In this document: piece after piece, positions 20,474-29,931 of the stretch
Numbering within the stretch: position 1 is the stretch's first letter
Layout: every line of letters begins with the position of its first letter
Assembly: GCA_002311135.1 (NCBI GenBank)
Contig: DBZK01000010.1
Coordinates: forward strand, 34,755 to 98,754
Source: Dehalococcoidia bacterium UBA1162
Lineage (GTDB): Bacteria; Chloroflexota; Dehalococcoidia; GIF9; UBA5629
DNA length: 64,000 nucleotides
Direction of reading: 5' to 3'
Translations under genes and position numbers: made by a program
The notes under the pieces: generated by a model
The model's input: only the letters and a program-made list of their open reading frames with translations
The model's database searches: none
What the model was told of the DNA's origin: nothing

Positions 20474-20579
20474 GAAAGTAATCTTTAAATCTCCTTCAGG
20501 ATAATGAGTGTTTTCCTAAGACGTAGTGGATTCCCTCTTCAACGCCTTTTCCCTTTATTATTAAACCGGTTTCCTCAAT

Positions 20580-20725
20580 TGTCATTGCGAGCGAAGCGAA
20601 GCAATCCTTTGAACGAAGGAAGAGGGCTGATTTAATGCCATGAGATTGCCACGTCGCCCTGCGGGCTCCTCGCAATGACGTGTCAAAAGGATGATTGCCG
20701 CGGCACTTCGTGCCTCGCAATGACG
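20580..20725. repeat. Repeat family A, three arms
   Basis: One GTCATTGCGAG arm and two CTCGCAATGACG arms. Confidence 0.9.
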
Positions 20726-20782
20726 TAATACTGGAATTTGGAATTTTCTACTTTAGAAATATGCTATCCTTTTAAATTAATC

Positions 20783-21643
20783 ATGCCTGACGTAAATATA
20801 TGGGCGCTGGCCGGTACAGGACTGGTGGCAGGGACGCTGGGCTCTATGCTGGGCGTGGGCGGCGGCATCATGATGGTGCCCATACTGACACTGTGGATGG
20901 GCATACCCATGCAGTACGCCATCGGCAGCAGCCTGGTCTCGATCGTCATCAACGCCTGCACAGCCACCAGTGTATATATCGATAACCATGTGACCAACCT
21001 CAAGCTGGGACTGCTGATGTCCACTACCCTGATCCCCGGGGCGGTGGCCGGGGCCCTGCTGGCCTCCAAACTTTCCTCGCCGGTGCTCAGCTTCATATTC
21101 GGGGCGCTTATGATTTACGTTTGTTATACGCTCATCCCCAGGAAACCCAAACGGCAGAGTATGGAGGAATTCGAAGCCTCCAGGGACCCGCACGAGAAAG
21201 AGCATGCGCCGCATGCCTGGCTGGACGGCAGCTACTACGATCCATCCGTTAAGCAGGAGATCAGCTATCAGACGCACCGTCCGGCCACAGGCATGGCGAC
21301 CGGGTTTTTCGGCGGGGTCATCTCCAGCCTTCTGGGAGTGGGCGGCGGCATTGTCAACGTGCCCGTCTTGAACCTGCTGATGAAGGTGCCCATCAAGGCT
21401 GCCATAGCCACCAGCAGCCTGCTGCTGGCCTTTACTACTATGACCGGCTCACTGATCTACGCTTATAACGGCTACGTTATGCCCTATATCATAGCGCCGC
21501 TCATTCCCGGCATTTTCCTGGGTGCCCGGCTGGGTACATTCATCGCCCGGCGTGTCCGGAGCGCCGCTTTGATTGTGATATTTATCGTCTTCCTGCTGGT
21601 AACCTCGGTCTTAATGATTCTGCGTGCCCTGAATATATTATGA
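20783..21643 (+). CDS. TauE/SafE (TSUP) family transporter
   Basis: Duplicated LGVGGG..VP motif, hydrophobic; start placed at MPDVN. Confidence 0.9.
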   Translation: MPDVNIWALAGTGLVAGTLGSMLGVGGGIMMVPILTLWMGIPMQYAIGSSLVSIVINACTATSVYIDNHVTNLKLGLLMSTTLIPGAVAGALLASKLSSPVLSFIFGALMIYVCYTLIPRKPKRQSMEEFEASRDPHEKEHAPHAWLDGSYYDPSVKQEISYQTHRPATGMATGFFGGVISSLLGVGGGIVNVPVLNLLMKVPIKAAIATSSLLLAFTTMTGSLIYAYNGYVMPYIIAPLIPGIFLGARLGTFIARRVRSAALIVIFIVFLLVTSVLMILRALNIL

Positions 21644-21654
21644 GATGACTTACT

Positions 21655-22017
21655 ATGCAAACGGTAAATAGTACGCAACCAAGGCTGCAATCGCTGAACA
21701 AGCGCGTCAGCCTGGCGCTGCGCATCGGCATCGGCATAGGACTGGTGCTGGTGCTGGCCGGGATTGTTATATCGATCGTCATTAATACTCCTCACATGTC
21801 CGGCCTGACCCCTATTTCCATGCTAATCCCCGAACTCCTCAAGCTCACTCCGGCCGCCTTCGTCACGGCCGGACTCATCATCATCCTGCTGTTGCCGGCG
21901 GTCATCCTGATCACATCGTTTGCGCATTTCATCGCGACCCGTGAAAAACAGCCGCTCATCGTATGTGTAGTACTGGTTTTGATGCTGGCAGCCAGCTACG
22001 TTTTGCTATTAAAATAA
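21655..22017 (+). CDS. DUF1634-like membrane protein
   Basis: About 3 TM segments; usual partner directly downstream of TSUP genes. Confidence 0.7.
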   Translation: MQTVNSTQPRLQSLNKRVSLALRIGIGIGLVLVLAGIVISIVINTPHMSGLTPISMLIPELLKLTPAAFVTAGLIIILLLPAVILITSFAHFIATREKQPLIVCVVLVLMLAASYVLLLK

Positions 22018-22056
22018 ATTGACCCTGCCTACCGCCTGTGATATTATTCGGAATAG

Positions 22057-22653
22057 ATGTCACCTCTGACAGAAATAAACACCGAAATAGAACGCTGTCC
22101 TAAATGTGAGTTATCCCGGCACCGCACCAAGTCGGTACCCGGTGAAGGCCCGGAGAATGCGGGGTTGCTATTCATAGGCGAAGCGCCGGGCTGGTATGAA
22201 GACCAGTCTGGCAGGCCCTTCGTCGGCCCCGCCGGCCAGTACCTCGACCAGCTTATAGGCATGATCGGGTACAAGCGCAACCAGGTCTATATCACAAATG
22301 TGGTCAAATGCCGTCCGCCGGAGAACCGCGACCCCATGCCCGGCGAGATCCAGGCCTGCGGCCCCTACCTCGAGCGCCAGCTTGAGATAATCAAGCCCAG
22401 GGTGGTTGTCACGCTCGGCCGCTACTCCATGTCAAAATACTTTCCGGGCGAAAGTATCAGCAAGGTCCACGGCAGGGCCAAACGTATCGGGGGCACGATC
22501 TATTTCGCCATGTACCATCCGGCAGCGGCGCTGCACCAGGGAAACCTGCGCAAGGTCATAGAGGCCGACATACTAAAGCTGCCGGCCGTTCTGGTCGAAG
22601 CAGGAAAAATGGAGGAAGAAAAAGACAGGCCCGCCCAGCTTAAGTTTTTCTAA
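22057..22653 (+). CDS. udg: Family 4 uracil-DNA glycosylase (4Fe-4S)
   Basis: CxxC, GEAPG, GRPFVGPAG, NVVKCRPPENRDP, YHPAA. Confidence 0.93.
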   Translation: MSPLTEINTEIERCPKCELSRHRTKSVPGEGPENAGLLFIGEAPGWYEDQSGRPFVGPAGQYLDQLIGMIGYKRNQVYITNVVKCRPPENRDPMPGEIQACGPYLERQLEIIKPRVVVTLGRYSMSKYFPGESISKVHGRAKRIGGTIYFAMYHPAAALHQGNLRKVIEADILKLPAVLVEAGKMEEEKDRPAQLKFF

Positions 22654-22661
22654 AACACGAT

Positions 22662-24311
22662 ATGACCCGTCAAAAGCTTAGAATAATACCTCTCGGCGGC
22701 CTCGGTGAAATCGGCAAGAATATGCTGGCCATCGAGTACGGCGAAGATATCCTGGTTATCGATTCCGGCATGATGTTCCCCGAAGACGAGATGCTCGGGG
22801 TCGACCTGCTCATCCCGGACATCACCTACCTTCTGGAACATAAAGACAAGGTGCGCGGCATCGTCATTACGCACGGCCACGAGGACCATATAGGCGCCCT
22901 GCCCTACATACTGCCGCAGATCGACGTCCCCGTTTACGCCACCAAGCTGACGCAGGGGCTGATCTCCGTCAAGCTCAAGGAGCACCGCTCGCTGATCAAG
23001 GCCAAGCTCAAGTTGATAACGCCGGGCGTCAAGTTCCAGGTGGGCAACTTCAAAGTTGAGGCCTTCCCGGTCTGTCACAGCATCCCCGATGCTGTGGGGC
23101 TGATAATCTATACGCCGCTGGGGGCCGTGGTAGACAGCGGAGATTTCAAGATCGATTACACTCCGGTCGACGGCCGTCCCACCGACCTCTCCAAGCTGGC
23201 CAAGTTGGGCAACGAGGGAGTTCTGCTGCTCATGGCCGATTCCACCTATGCCGAGCTGCCCGGCTACACGCCGTCGGAAAAAATTGTGGGGAAGACCATC
23301 GAGCGCATTATCGGCGAGGCGCCGGGCCGGGTGATCCTGGCCACCTTCTCCTCATTGATCTCCCGCATACAGATGGTTATCGATGCTGCCGTTAAGCACC
23401 ACCGCCATGTATTTATCGTGGGCCGCAGCATGAGGGACACCGTAAAGATGGCCATGGAAATAAATTACCTGCATGCCCCGGAAGGCCTCATCTGCAATGT
23501 GGAGGACCTTAAAAAATTCCAGCATAATCAGATCGTCCTGATCACTACCGGCAGCCAGGGAGAGCCGACCTCGGCGCTGGTGCGCATAGCCAACCACGAC
23601 CACAGCGAGATACGCATAATTCACGGCGACACCGTGGTCATCTCGGCTACGCCCATACCGGGCAATGAATCGCTGATCAACCGTACCATCGATAACCTCT
23701 TCCGTCAGGGCGCCAATGTTATCTACGGCGAGCGCTCTAATGTGCACGTGCACGGCCACGGCAGCCAGGAGGAGCTGAAGATGCTCATCAACCTGGTCAA
23801 GCCCAAGTTCTTCGCGCCCATCCACGGCGAGTACCGCCACCTTGTTATGCATGCCGGGCTGGCCAAAAGCGTGGGCGTGCCCGAGAGCAATATCTTCATC
23901 ATGGATAACGGCAGCATCCTGGAGATCGACGCTGAAAAAGCCAGGATTGCGGGCAAGATACCCTACGGCAATGTCTACGTGGACGGCCTGGTTCTGGGCC
24001 GCCATGCGCAGGTTATACTGCGCGACCGCAAGCTGCTCTCCCGCGACGGCATCGTAGTGGTGATCCTGGCGCTGGATAAGAAAGAGGGCAGGCTGGTAGG
24101 CAAGCCGGACATCGTCTCACGCGGCTTCGTCGATGCTGAGCACGACGGCAGCGTCATAGACCGCGGCAAGGAGCTGGTGGCCTCTGCGTTTGGCAAGGGA
24201 CACCATGAGCACAGCGCCATACACACCCAGGTCAAGGAGATGCTGAGCCGCTTTTTCTACGAGCAGACCAAGCGCCGCCCCATGATAATTACAACCGCTA
24301 TCGAGGTATAG
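22662..24311 (+). CDS. rnj: Ribonuclease J
   Basis: PLGGLGEIGKNM, THGHEDHIG, TGSQGEP, PIHGEYRH. Confidence 0.96.
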   Translation: MTRQKLRIIPLGGLGEIGKNMLAIEYGEDILVIDSGMMFPEDEMLGVDLLIPDITYLLEHKDKVRGIVITHGHEDHIGALPYILPQIDVPVYATKLTQGLISVKLKEHRSLIKAKLKLITPGVKFQVGNFKVEAFPVCHSIPDAVGLIIYTPLGAVVDSGDFKIDYTPVDGRPTDLSKLAKLGNEGVLLLMADSTYAELPGYTPSEKIVGKTIERIIGEAPGRVILATFSSLISRIQMVIDAAVKHHRHVFIVGRSMRDTVKMAMEINYLHAPEGLICNVEDLKKFQHNQIVLITTGSQGEPTSALVRIANHDHSEIRIIHGDTVVISATPIPGNESLINRTIDNLFRQGANVIYGERSNVHVHGHGSQEELKMLINLVKPKFFAPIHGEYRHLVMHAGLAKSVGVPESNIFIMDNGSILEIDAEKARIAGKIPYGNVYVDGLVLGRHAQVILRDRKLLSRDGIVVVILALDKKEGRLVGKPDIVSRGFVDAEHDGSVIDRGKELVASAFGKGHHEHSAIHTQVKEMLSRFFYEQTKRRPMIITTAIEV

Positions 24312-24322
24312 TAGAATAAGCT

Positions 24323-26497
24323 ATGCCCTCTAAGAACGGCAGGGGAAATCATAGAGGTCCGCAGAAGACAAAAAAAGGCTCCGGCAAGTCCTTTCTCAGG
24401 TCGCTATTTTCAGCTCCCGTCATACTGGCCATCCTCTTCGTCATCTTCCTCTGCCTCTGCATAGTATTCTGGCCTCAGATATCGTCCTGGTTTGACAGGC
24501 TGGGCCAGGATATTCACGCGGCACTTTACAGCGCCTGGCTGGCGCTCTTCCGTCTGATGGGTCTGGGTGTGGCCTTTGCCGCACTGGCCTTCCTCAGCCT
24601 CTTCATCATACTCGGCTGGCCATCGTCCTTCGTCCGCCACTGGAATTACTGGCTGGGCACCGCCAGCTTCGCGGCTGCATTGTGGGGCCTGCTGGCCTTC
24701 TTCCGTCCGCCCAACACTTTCATCGTATCTGATGTTACGCTGGGCGGCTATGTAGGGCAGGCCATTATTACCCGTTCGCCTGTGGCGGGAGGCTTCATTG
24801 TGGCCGGACTGATCGTCCTGGGCATCATCCTGGTCGCACCGGAATGGGCCTGGAGCGTGGTCAAGCGCGCTTCCAAGGGCATAGCCGGTTTGGCCGGTGA
24901 GCTCATGTATGTTATCAAAGAGTTCCGTGAGAAGAGGCCGGCGATAGAACCCGTGGAGGCCGATCCGCCTTCCGAAGCGCCTGCTATAGTAGAGCAGGCC
25001 GAACTTGCATCTCCCGCCGACACCATGGACAGGTTGAGGTCGTCAATAATTGTGGGCGGCTGGTCGCTTCCCAATATAAGTATCCTGGACAAGGTCGCCG
25101 AGGCGGTCATCAGCGATGCCGAGATAGAAAAGCGCAAGGAAGTTCTGGAGGAGGCTTTGACCAGCTACGGCGTCGAAGCGAAGGTGGTGGAGGTCAACCG
25201 CGGCCCCACGGTTACGCAGTTCGGCGTGGAGCCGGGCTGGGACCGCAGGTATAAGGAGGTCAGGGAGAAGGACCGGGACGGCAACGTAACCGTCAGGCAG
25301 GAGGAAGTCGGCCGCACGCGGGTCAAGGTGGAGCGCATCAACTCGCTTTCCAACGACCTGGCGCTGGCCCTGGCTGCCCCCGGCATCAGGATCGAAGCCC
25401 CCGTTCCCGGCAAGTCGGTGGTCGGCATCGAGGTTCCCAATACCACCTTCGGGTCGGTGGGCCTGCGAGCTGTGATGGAGAGCACCGCTTTCCAGAAGAT
25501 GCTGGCTAAATCGCCCCTGGCCATCGCCCTCGGCAAGGGAGCCGGAGGTGAGACGGTGGTGGCCGACCTGGCCAAAATGCCCCACCTGCTTATCGCAGGC
25601 GCCACGGGCAGCGGCAAGAGCGTCTGCCTCAACTCTGTCATCTGCTGCCTGATGATGAATAACACTCCCGATGCGGTTCGTTTTGTGATGGTGGATCCCA
25701 AGCGCGTCGAGCTGGTCAACTACAACAGCATCCCACATCTTATAGCCCCGGTGGTGGTAGATACCGACAAGGCCATCCTGGCCCTGCGCTGGCTCAACGC
25801 CGAGATGGACAGCCGTTACAAGCGTTTCTCGGCCACCAGGACACGCAATATCGAGGACTATAACAAGAACCGCACGCTTTCGGAGCGCATGGCTTATATT
25901 GTTGTCATCATAGACGAGCTGGCCGACCTCATGATGGCCGCCTTCGACGAGGTCGAGCACGGTTTGTGCCGTCTGGCCCAGCTTGCCCGCGCCACGGGCA
26001 TACATTTGATCGTAGCAACACAGAGGCCGTCGGTGGACGTGGTCACCGGGTTGATTAAGGCCAATTTCCCCACGCGCATCACCTTCGCTTTGATCTCGCA
26101 GGTGGACTCGCGCACCATTATCGACTCCGCCGGCGCCGAGAAGCTTTTGGGAAGGGGCGATATGCTTTATATGCCGCAGGACGTCTCCAAGCCCAAGCGT
26201 TTGCAGGGCACGATAGTCGGCGATCCCGAGATCGAGAGGCTGGTCACCTTCTGGTCCGCTCAGCGCCGCCAGGAAGCGCAGCCGGTGAGGTTCGAGGATA
26301 TGGCCCAGTCCGGTCCCGAGGGCCGGAAACCTATGGACGATGAATTGCTGGATGCCGCCCGCCAGCTTGCCCTCGAATCCAAAGAGATATCCGCCTCATT
26401 CCTCCAGCGCAAGCTTCAGATCGGCTTCCCCCGCGCCGCACGTCTCATGGACAAGCTAAAAGAGGAGGGGTATGGGAAAGAGAAGGGAGAAGGGTAG
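24323..26497 (+). CDS. ftsK: DNA translocase FtsK/SpoIIIE
   Basis: N-terminal TMs, MPHLLIAGATGSGKS, IDELADLM, ATQRPSVDV, gamma domain LQRKLQIGFPRAARL. Confidence 0.96.
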   Translation: MPSKNGRGNHRGPQKTKKGSGKSFLRSLFSAPVILAILFVIFLCLCIVFWPQISSWFDRLGQDIHAALYSAWLALFRLMGLGVAFAALAFLSLFIILGWPSSFVRHWNYWLGTASFAAALWGLLAFFRPPNTFIVSDVTLGGYVGQAIITRSPVAGGFIVAGLIVLGIILVAPEWAWSVVKRASKGIAGLAGELMYVIKEFREKRPAIEPVEADPPSEAPAIVEQAELASPADTMDRLRSSIIVGGWSLPNISILDKVAEAVISDAEIEKRKEVLEEALTSYGVEAKVVEVNRGPTVTQFGVEPGWDRRYKEVREKDRDGNVTVRQEEVGRTRVKVERINSLSNDLALALAAPGIRIEAPVPGKSVVGIEVPNTTFGSVGLRAVMESTAFQKMLAKSPLAIALGKGAGGETVVADLAKMPHLLIAGATGSGKSVCLNSVICCLMMNNTPDAVRFVMVDPKRVELVNYNSIPHLIAPVVVDTDKAILALRWLNAEMDSRYKRFSATRTRNIEDYNKNRTLSERMAYIVVIIDELADLMMAAFDEVEHGLCRLAQLARATGIHLIVATQRPSVDVVTGLIKANFPTRITFALISQVDSRTIIDSAGAEKLLGRGDMLYMPQDVSKPKRLQGTIVGDPEIERLVTFWSAQRRQEAQPVRFEDMAQSGPEGRKPMDDELLDAARQLALESKEISASFLQRKLQIGFPRAARLMDKLKEEGYGKEKGEG

Positions 26498-26555
26498 ATG
26501 AGATGAATTCAATCATTGAGTTGTGATCTGGCGATTGAATAAACTTAATTTGACG

Positions 26556-27161
26556 TCATGCTTTGACTAGTTCTTTGAAAAGAATCCTCGATTTCTCTAA
26601 ATACTGTAAAACTAGCATAGGTTTGCGCCTAGGCGACAGCAATAGCGTACCTGGAGTAATAGCGTTCAAATAAGCACCATAGTGCCGTAATACCATTTCT
26701 TGATATTGATTCCTAGTTAAAGTGTTATTATGGGCTACTCTATTTCTGATGCGTCTCATTTCCTCGATTAAATATCCGTGATTATCCAGTGTTCTGATAA
26801 AATGATCTGTAGGATTAATCAAATATCTAACATTCTCTTTGATATCTTGAATTTTCGACCAACGCAAATATGGCCTTGGTTTACGCCTTCCATAGTGAAT
26901 CATTTTGAAAGTCGCAGCTTGCATATTCCGAGCTGATCCTAGCAATATTGGAGTTGATCCATCCTGATAATTAGCTCCACAAATAACTTTACAAGCTATT
27001 GAACTGATAGAATCCTGTAAAATATCAAACAGCCGAATAATAATAATCTCGGCTACTATTTTCCTATATGTAGGAGCTATTGATGAAATATTTGTCTGGA
27101 GCGTTAATAGTCTGGTTATTTCATTACAGCAAGCTAAATAATCTACATTTAGATTGACCAT
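26556..27161 (-). CDS. Putative HEPN-domain RNase
   Basis: Helical 201-aa protein with Rx4H motif RNRVAH; AT-rich; 8 nt downstream of the DUF262 gene. Confidence 0.68.
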   Translation of the reverse strand: MVNLNVDYLACCNEITRLLTLQTNISSIAPTYRKIVAEIIIIRLFDILQDSISSIACKVICGANYQDGSTPILLGSARNMQAATFKMIHYGRRKPRPYLRWSKIQDIKENVRYLINPTDHFIRTLDNHGYLIEEMRRIRNRVAHNNTLTRNQYQEMVLRHYGAYLNAITPGTLLLSPRRKPMLVLQYLEKSRILFKELVKA

Positions 27162-27169
27162 GCAATACC

Positions 27170-28180
27170 TTAGCTTATGTGAAGAGCTCTTTTTAGGTAT
27201 TGATTACGTATAGTGCGCTGTTTAATCCTCTGCGTCGTAGATGTACAGGCCATATAAAAATCAGCGTCATCCTTTTCCCTTTCCGCAAATGGGATATCTG
27301 AAGTAAAATTTGCATCGACTGCATGCAATGCATTCTCTAGACGAACTTTTGCTATACGTCCGTTAATTGAGTCTAAAACTAAAAACAGTGAAAAGAAGAT
27401 AGGATGTCTAGAAAAGATCGTATCTCGTATCACTCCTGCATCAAGGTCGGCTATCTTACTGAAAACCATTTCCATACGGTCTTTCAGTTCCTCCTGCATA
27501 GGAAAATCATCATCGTATTCCTTATAAAATTTGTCTATCACTGTTGCGCTATAATCGGACAATCCATTAATCATATTCAAAGCTAATTCGGCCACAAATT
27601 GTACTTCGCTCATACGTGCAATATCATTGGCCGTAAAAATGCCTAAATCGCGCCAAAGCTGCACATGGGTTGCGGCGCTGTTTAAACAAAATTGTTTCAT
27701 TTCTCCGCTAAACCTAGCGTTTCGCTTTTCCTGTTCATTTAACGTCTTAGCAACCGAATTAAGACGCCCAAATATTTCAATCACGTCTGAATCATCAGCA
27801 CCTATTAAATAGCCGACAGATAAACTTGTCATGAGAAATTTCTCACGCTCTTTCGGATGTAGATCGCGGTACAGTAGTCTTTTCTTATGATCCGGGTGCA
27901 ACGCACCAAAAGATCCATCTATAAATTCAAGAATCGAACGTATTCTCTGTTGTCCGTCGACAACTTCTTTGATGCTCTTTTCTGAATCAATATCCAAATA
28001 GTGACGTATATATATAGATGGAATCGGCTTCTGTTCAAACAGAGAATTGATTAAGTAGGCTTTCTGTGCTCGTGTCCAGACCGAACGACGCTGGTACCAC
28101 GGATTAATATTGAGTTCCTTCCCCTGATACGAATTTAGTACTTCTTTTACGACCAATTTTTCATAATCTACACGTTCCAT
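27170..28180 (-). CDS. DUF262 (ParB/GmrS-like) domain protein
   Basis: PWYQRRSVW, PIP, VVDGQQR, IFGRLN motifs; GGAGG before ATG 28180. Confidence 0.9.
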   Translation of the reverse strand: MERVDYEKLVVKEVLNSYQGKELNINPWYQRRSVWTRAQKAYLINSLFEQKPIPSIYIRHYLDIDSEKSIKEVVDGQQRIRSILEFIDGSFGALHPDHKKRLLYRDLHPKEREKFLMTSLSVGYLIGADDSDVIEIFGRLNSVAKTLNEQEKRNARFSGEMKQFCLNSAATHVQLWRDLGIFTANDIARMSEVQFVAELALNMINGLSDYSATVIDKFYKEYDDDFPMQEELKDRMEMVFSKIADLDAGVIRDTIFSRHPIFFSLFLVLDSINGRIAKVRLENALHAVDANFTSDIPFAEREKDDADFYMACTSTTQRIKQRTIRNQYLKRALHIS

Positions 28181-28498
28181 ACTAACCTCCAATCTAATTT
28201 ATCTGTACAGGGATGCACAGTTTTTTAGAATCAGTATTATCAAACTCGTAAATAATAATCATCAATAATCTTACTCTCATCAGACTTGACGCTCAACAAG
28301 ATATATTTTTCACGATCGTGCGAGAAGTTCTCAGACCAATCGATTAAATGCTTAGCTCAATCTCTTTACCGTCATCCACTACCAATACACCAACTCTAGC
28401 TGCCGGATATCCCATGAACCTCGCTAGGGGACAATCGCGTGAATTTATCCTTGGTCATTCGTGCCGTGCGAAAAAGATATGTAATCTGTTTTTAGTAA

Positions 28499-28705
28499 TT
28501 AAGACAGGTCCTGATGAAGTATCTCTTTAACCCGGCCAACCTGGCCGCTTTCTAGACGGACCTTGATGCCATGGGGGTGAAATGAGGCGTTTGTCAAAAT
28601 GTCTTTGACTATCCCCTCTGTTAATTTTCCGGACCGTTGATCCGTCTTCAATACTATTGAGACCCGCAGGCCCGATTTTATATTTTCACGCCTTGTAACG
28701 CTCAT
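28499..28705 (-). CDS. YwbE/DUF2196 family protein
   Basis: VLKTDQRSGKLTEG, HPHGIKVRL, VGRV. Confidence 0.88.
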   Translation of the reverse strand: MSVTRRENIKSGLRVSIVLKTDQRSGKLTEGIVKDILTNASFHPHGIKVRLESGQVGRVKEILHQDLS

Positions 28706-28734
28706 GCCCTAATTCTAACTCTTATTATTCTACT

Positions 28735-28977
28735 TCACTGCGCATCCCGTCTGATCGGCTTAAGAAGGTATCCCAATCCGTTAAGTTTTATTTCATACAG
28801 AGCGGCTAATAGCGCACCAATTTTTCCCGGTGGGAAACCTTTCTGGTGAAACCAGACCAGATAGGGTTCAGGCAGGTCACACAGGACATAGTCTTTGTAT
28901 TTTCCAAAAGGCATTCTTACGGACACCAGGTCAACTAACATTTGGGGATCCATGGGACCGGCCTTATTTTGATCCAT
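28735..28977 (-). CDS. DUF3820 family protein
   Basis: MPFGKYK, DLPEPYLVWF, EIKLNGL. Confidence 0.85.
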   Translation of the reverse strand: MDQNKAGPMDPQMLVDLVSVRMPFGKYKDYVLCDLPEPYLVWFHQKGFPPGKIGALLAALYEIKLNGLGYLLKPIRRDAQ

Positions 28978-29096
28978 TATTACTTAATCCAAATACAATA
29001 CATACTATAACCGAATTTAAGGTAAGCGAATAATAATACACCATGTCCGACACTGTCTGAAGGATGTACTGAATTTCCTGGGAATGTGATAAAATA

Positions 29097-29129
29097 TTGG
29101 ATGTTGGATGTATGACATCTTACATCCAA
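29097..29129. promoter_or_regulatory. Probable toxin-antitoxin autoregulatory operator
   Basis: Inverted repeat TTGGATGTA (29104-29112) / TACATCCAA (29121-29129) plus an extra TTGGATG, just before the antitoxin start. Confidence 0.7.
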
Positions 29130-29141
29130 TGCTAAAAGCTA

Positions 29142-29426
29142 ATGAGCAAGAAATTATCAGATGACATTACAGTCCGTGAAAAGCGGCAGGTTACGCTTCC
29201 ACGTTATATCTGCGAACAGCTCGGAATTGAAGAAGGAGACCGGCTGACTTTATACGTGGACGGTGACAAACTTATTGCAAAAGCTAACAAAACTGTTGCG
29301 CTGGATGCCCTAAATGAACTACACAGGATATTCAAGGATTCTGAAGTCACCGAGAAAGAGCTATTGAAGACCAGCCGCCAAATACGCAAACAACTGGTCA
29401 AGAAAGAGTATGGTCGCCAGCACTGA
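29142..29426 (+). CDS. AbrB/MazE-family antitoxin
   Basis: RQVTLP...LGIEEGD motif; overlaps the PIN gene. Confidence 0.88.
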   Translation: MSKKLSDDITVREKRQVTLPRYICEQLGIEEGDRLTLYVDGDKLIAKANKTVALDALNELHRIFKDSEVTEKELLKTSRQIRKQLVKKEYGRQH

Positions 29427-29844
29427 CCTGCGCGTATTCCTCGACAGCGATGTCATCATATCAGGCTTTTTTTTCGCCTCCGGAACTCCCGCTCAAATAC
29501 TTGAATTGCACTTCAATGGAAGGCTTCATATCATAGTATGCCGGCTCATTATTGAAGAAGTGGTCCGCACAATTACAAAAAAGAAGACGCAAGCCCTGCC
29601 TGCTCTCCAAATGTTTTTAACGAGCTCTCCGCCGGAAATTGTCAAAAATCCACCGCTTCAAGAGATTGAGCGTTGGACTAAGATTCTTCAATTCGAGGAT
29701 GCTATTATTCTGGCGGCCGCCAGGAGCGCCGAACCTGACTACTTCGTTACCGGCGACCAGCACTTCCACGTACCATCCCTAGTAGATAAGTCCGGCCTGC
29801 GCATAGTAACGCCCGCTCAGTTGTTAAGATCAATTAAAAAGTGA
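29410..29844 (+). CDS. PIN-domain (VapC-like) toxin
   Basis: VFLDSDVIIS, EE, EDA, FVTGD acidic motifs. Confidence 0.88.
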   Translation: MVASTDLRVFLDSDVIISGFFFASGTPAQILELHFNGRLHIIVCRLIIEEVVRTITKKKTQALPALQMFLTSSPPEIVKNPPLQEIERWTKILQFEDAIILAAARSAEPDYFVTGDQHFHVPSLVDKSGLRIVTPAQLLRSIKK

Positions 29845-29931
29845 CCGCAGTTTGTGTTCATTCATTAAAGGTGTTCAAGCGAAATATGCTAATATCTAAA
29901 ACATTTAAAGCTGATTCATGCGGAGCTGGAA

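Noticed and set aside
20496-20720. 74-aa ORF
   Set aside because: It is a translation of the family A repeat
19402-20725. CRISPR array
   Set aside because: Repeats are inverted, degenerate and dispersed, with no regular unique spacers and no cas genes
25043-26005. 320-aa minus-strand ORF and similar long antisense ORFs over proB, proA, rnj and the nucleotidyltransferase
   Set aside because: Shadow frames expected from GC-rich codon bias; no motifs of their own
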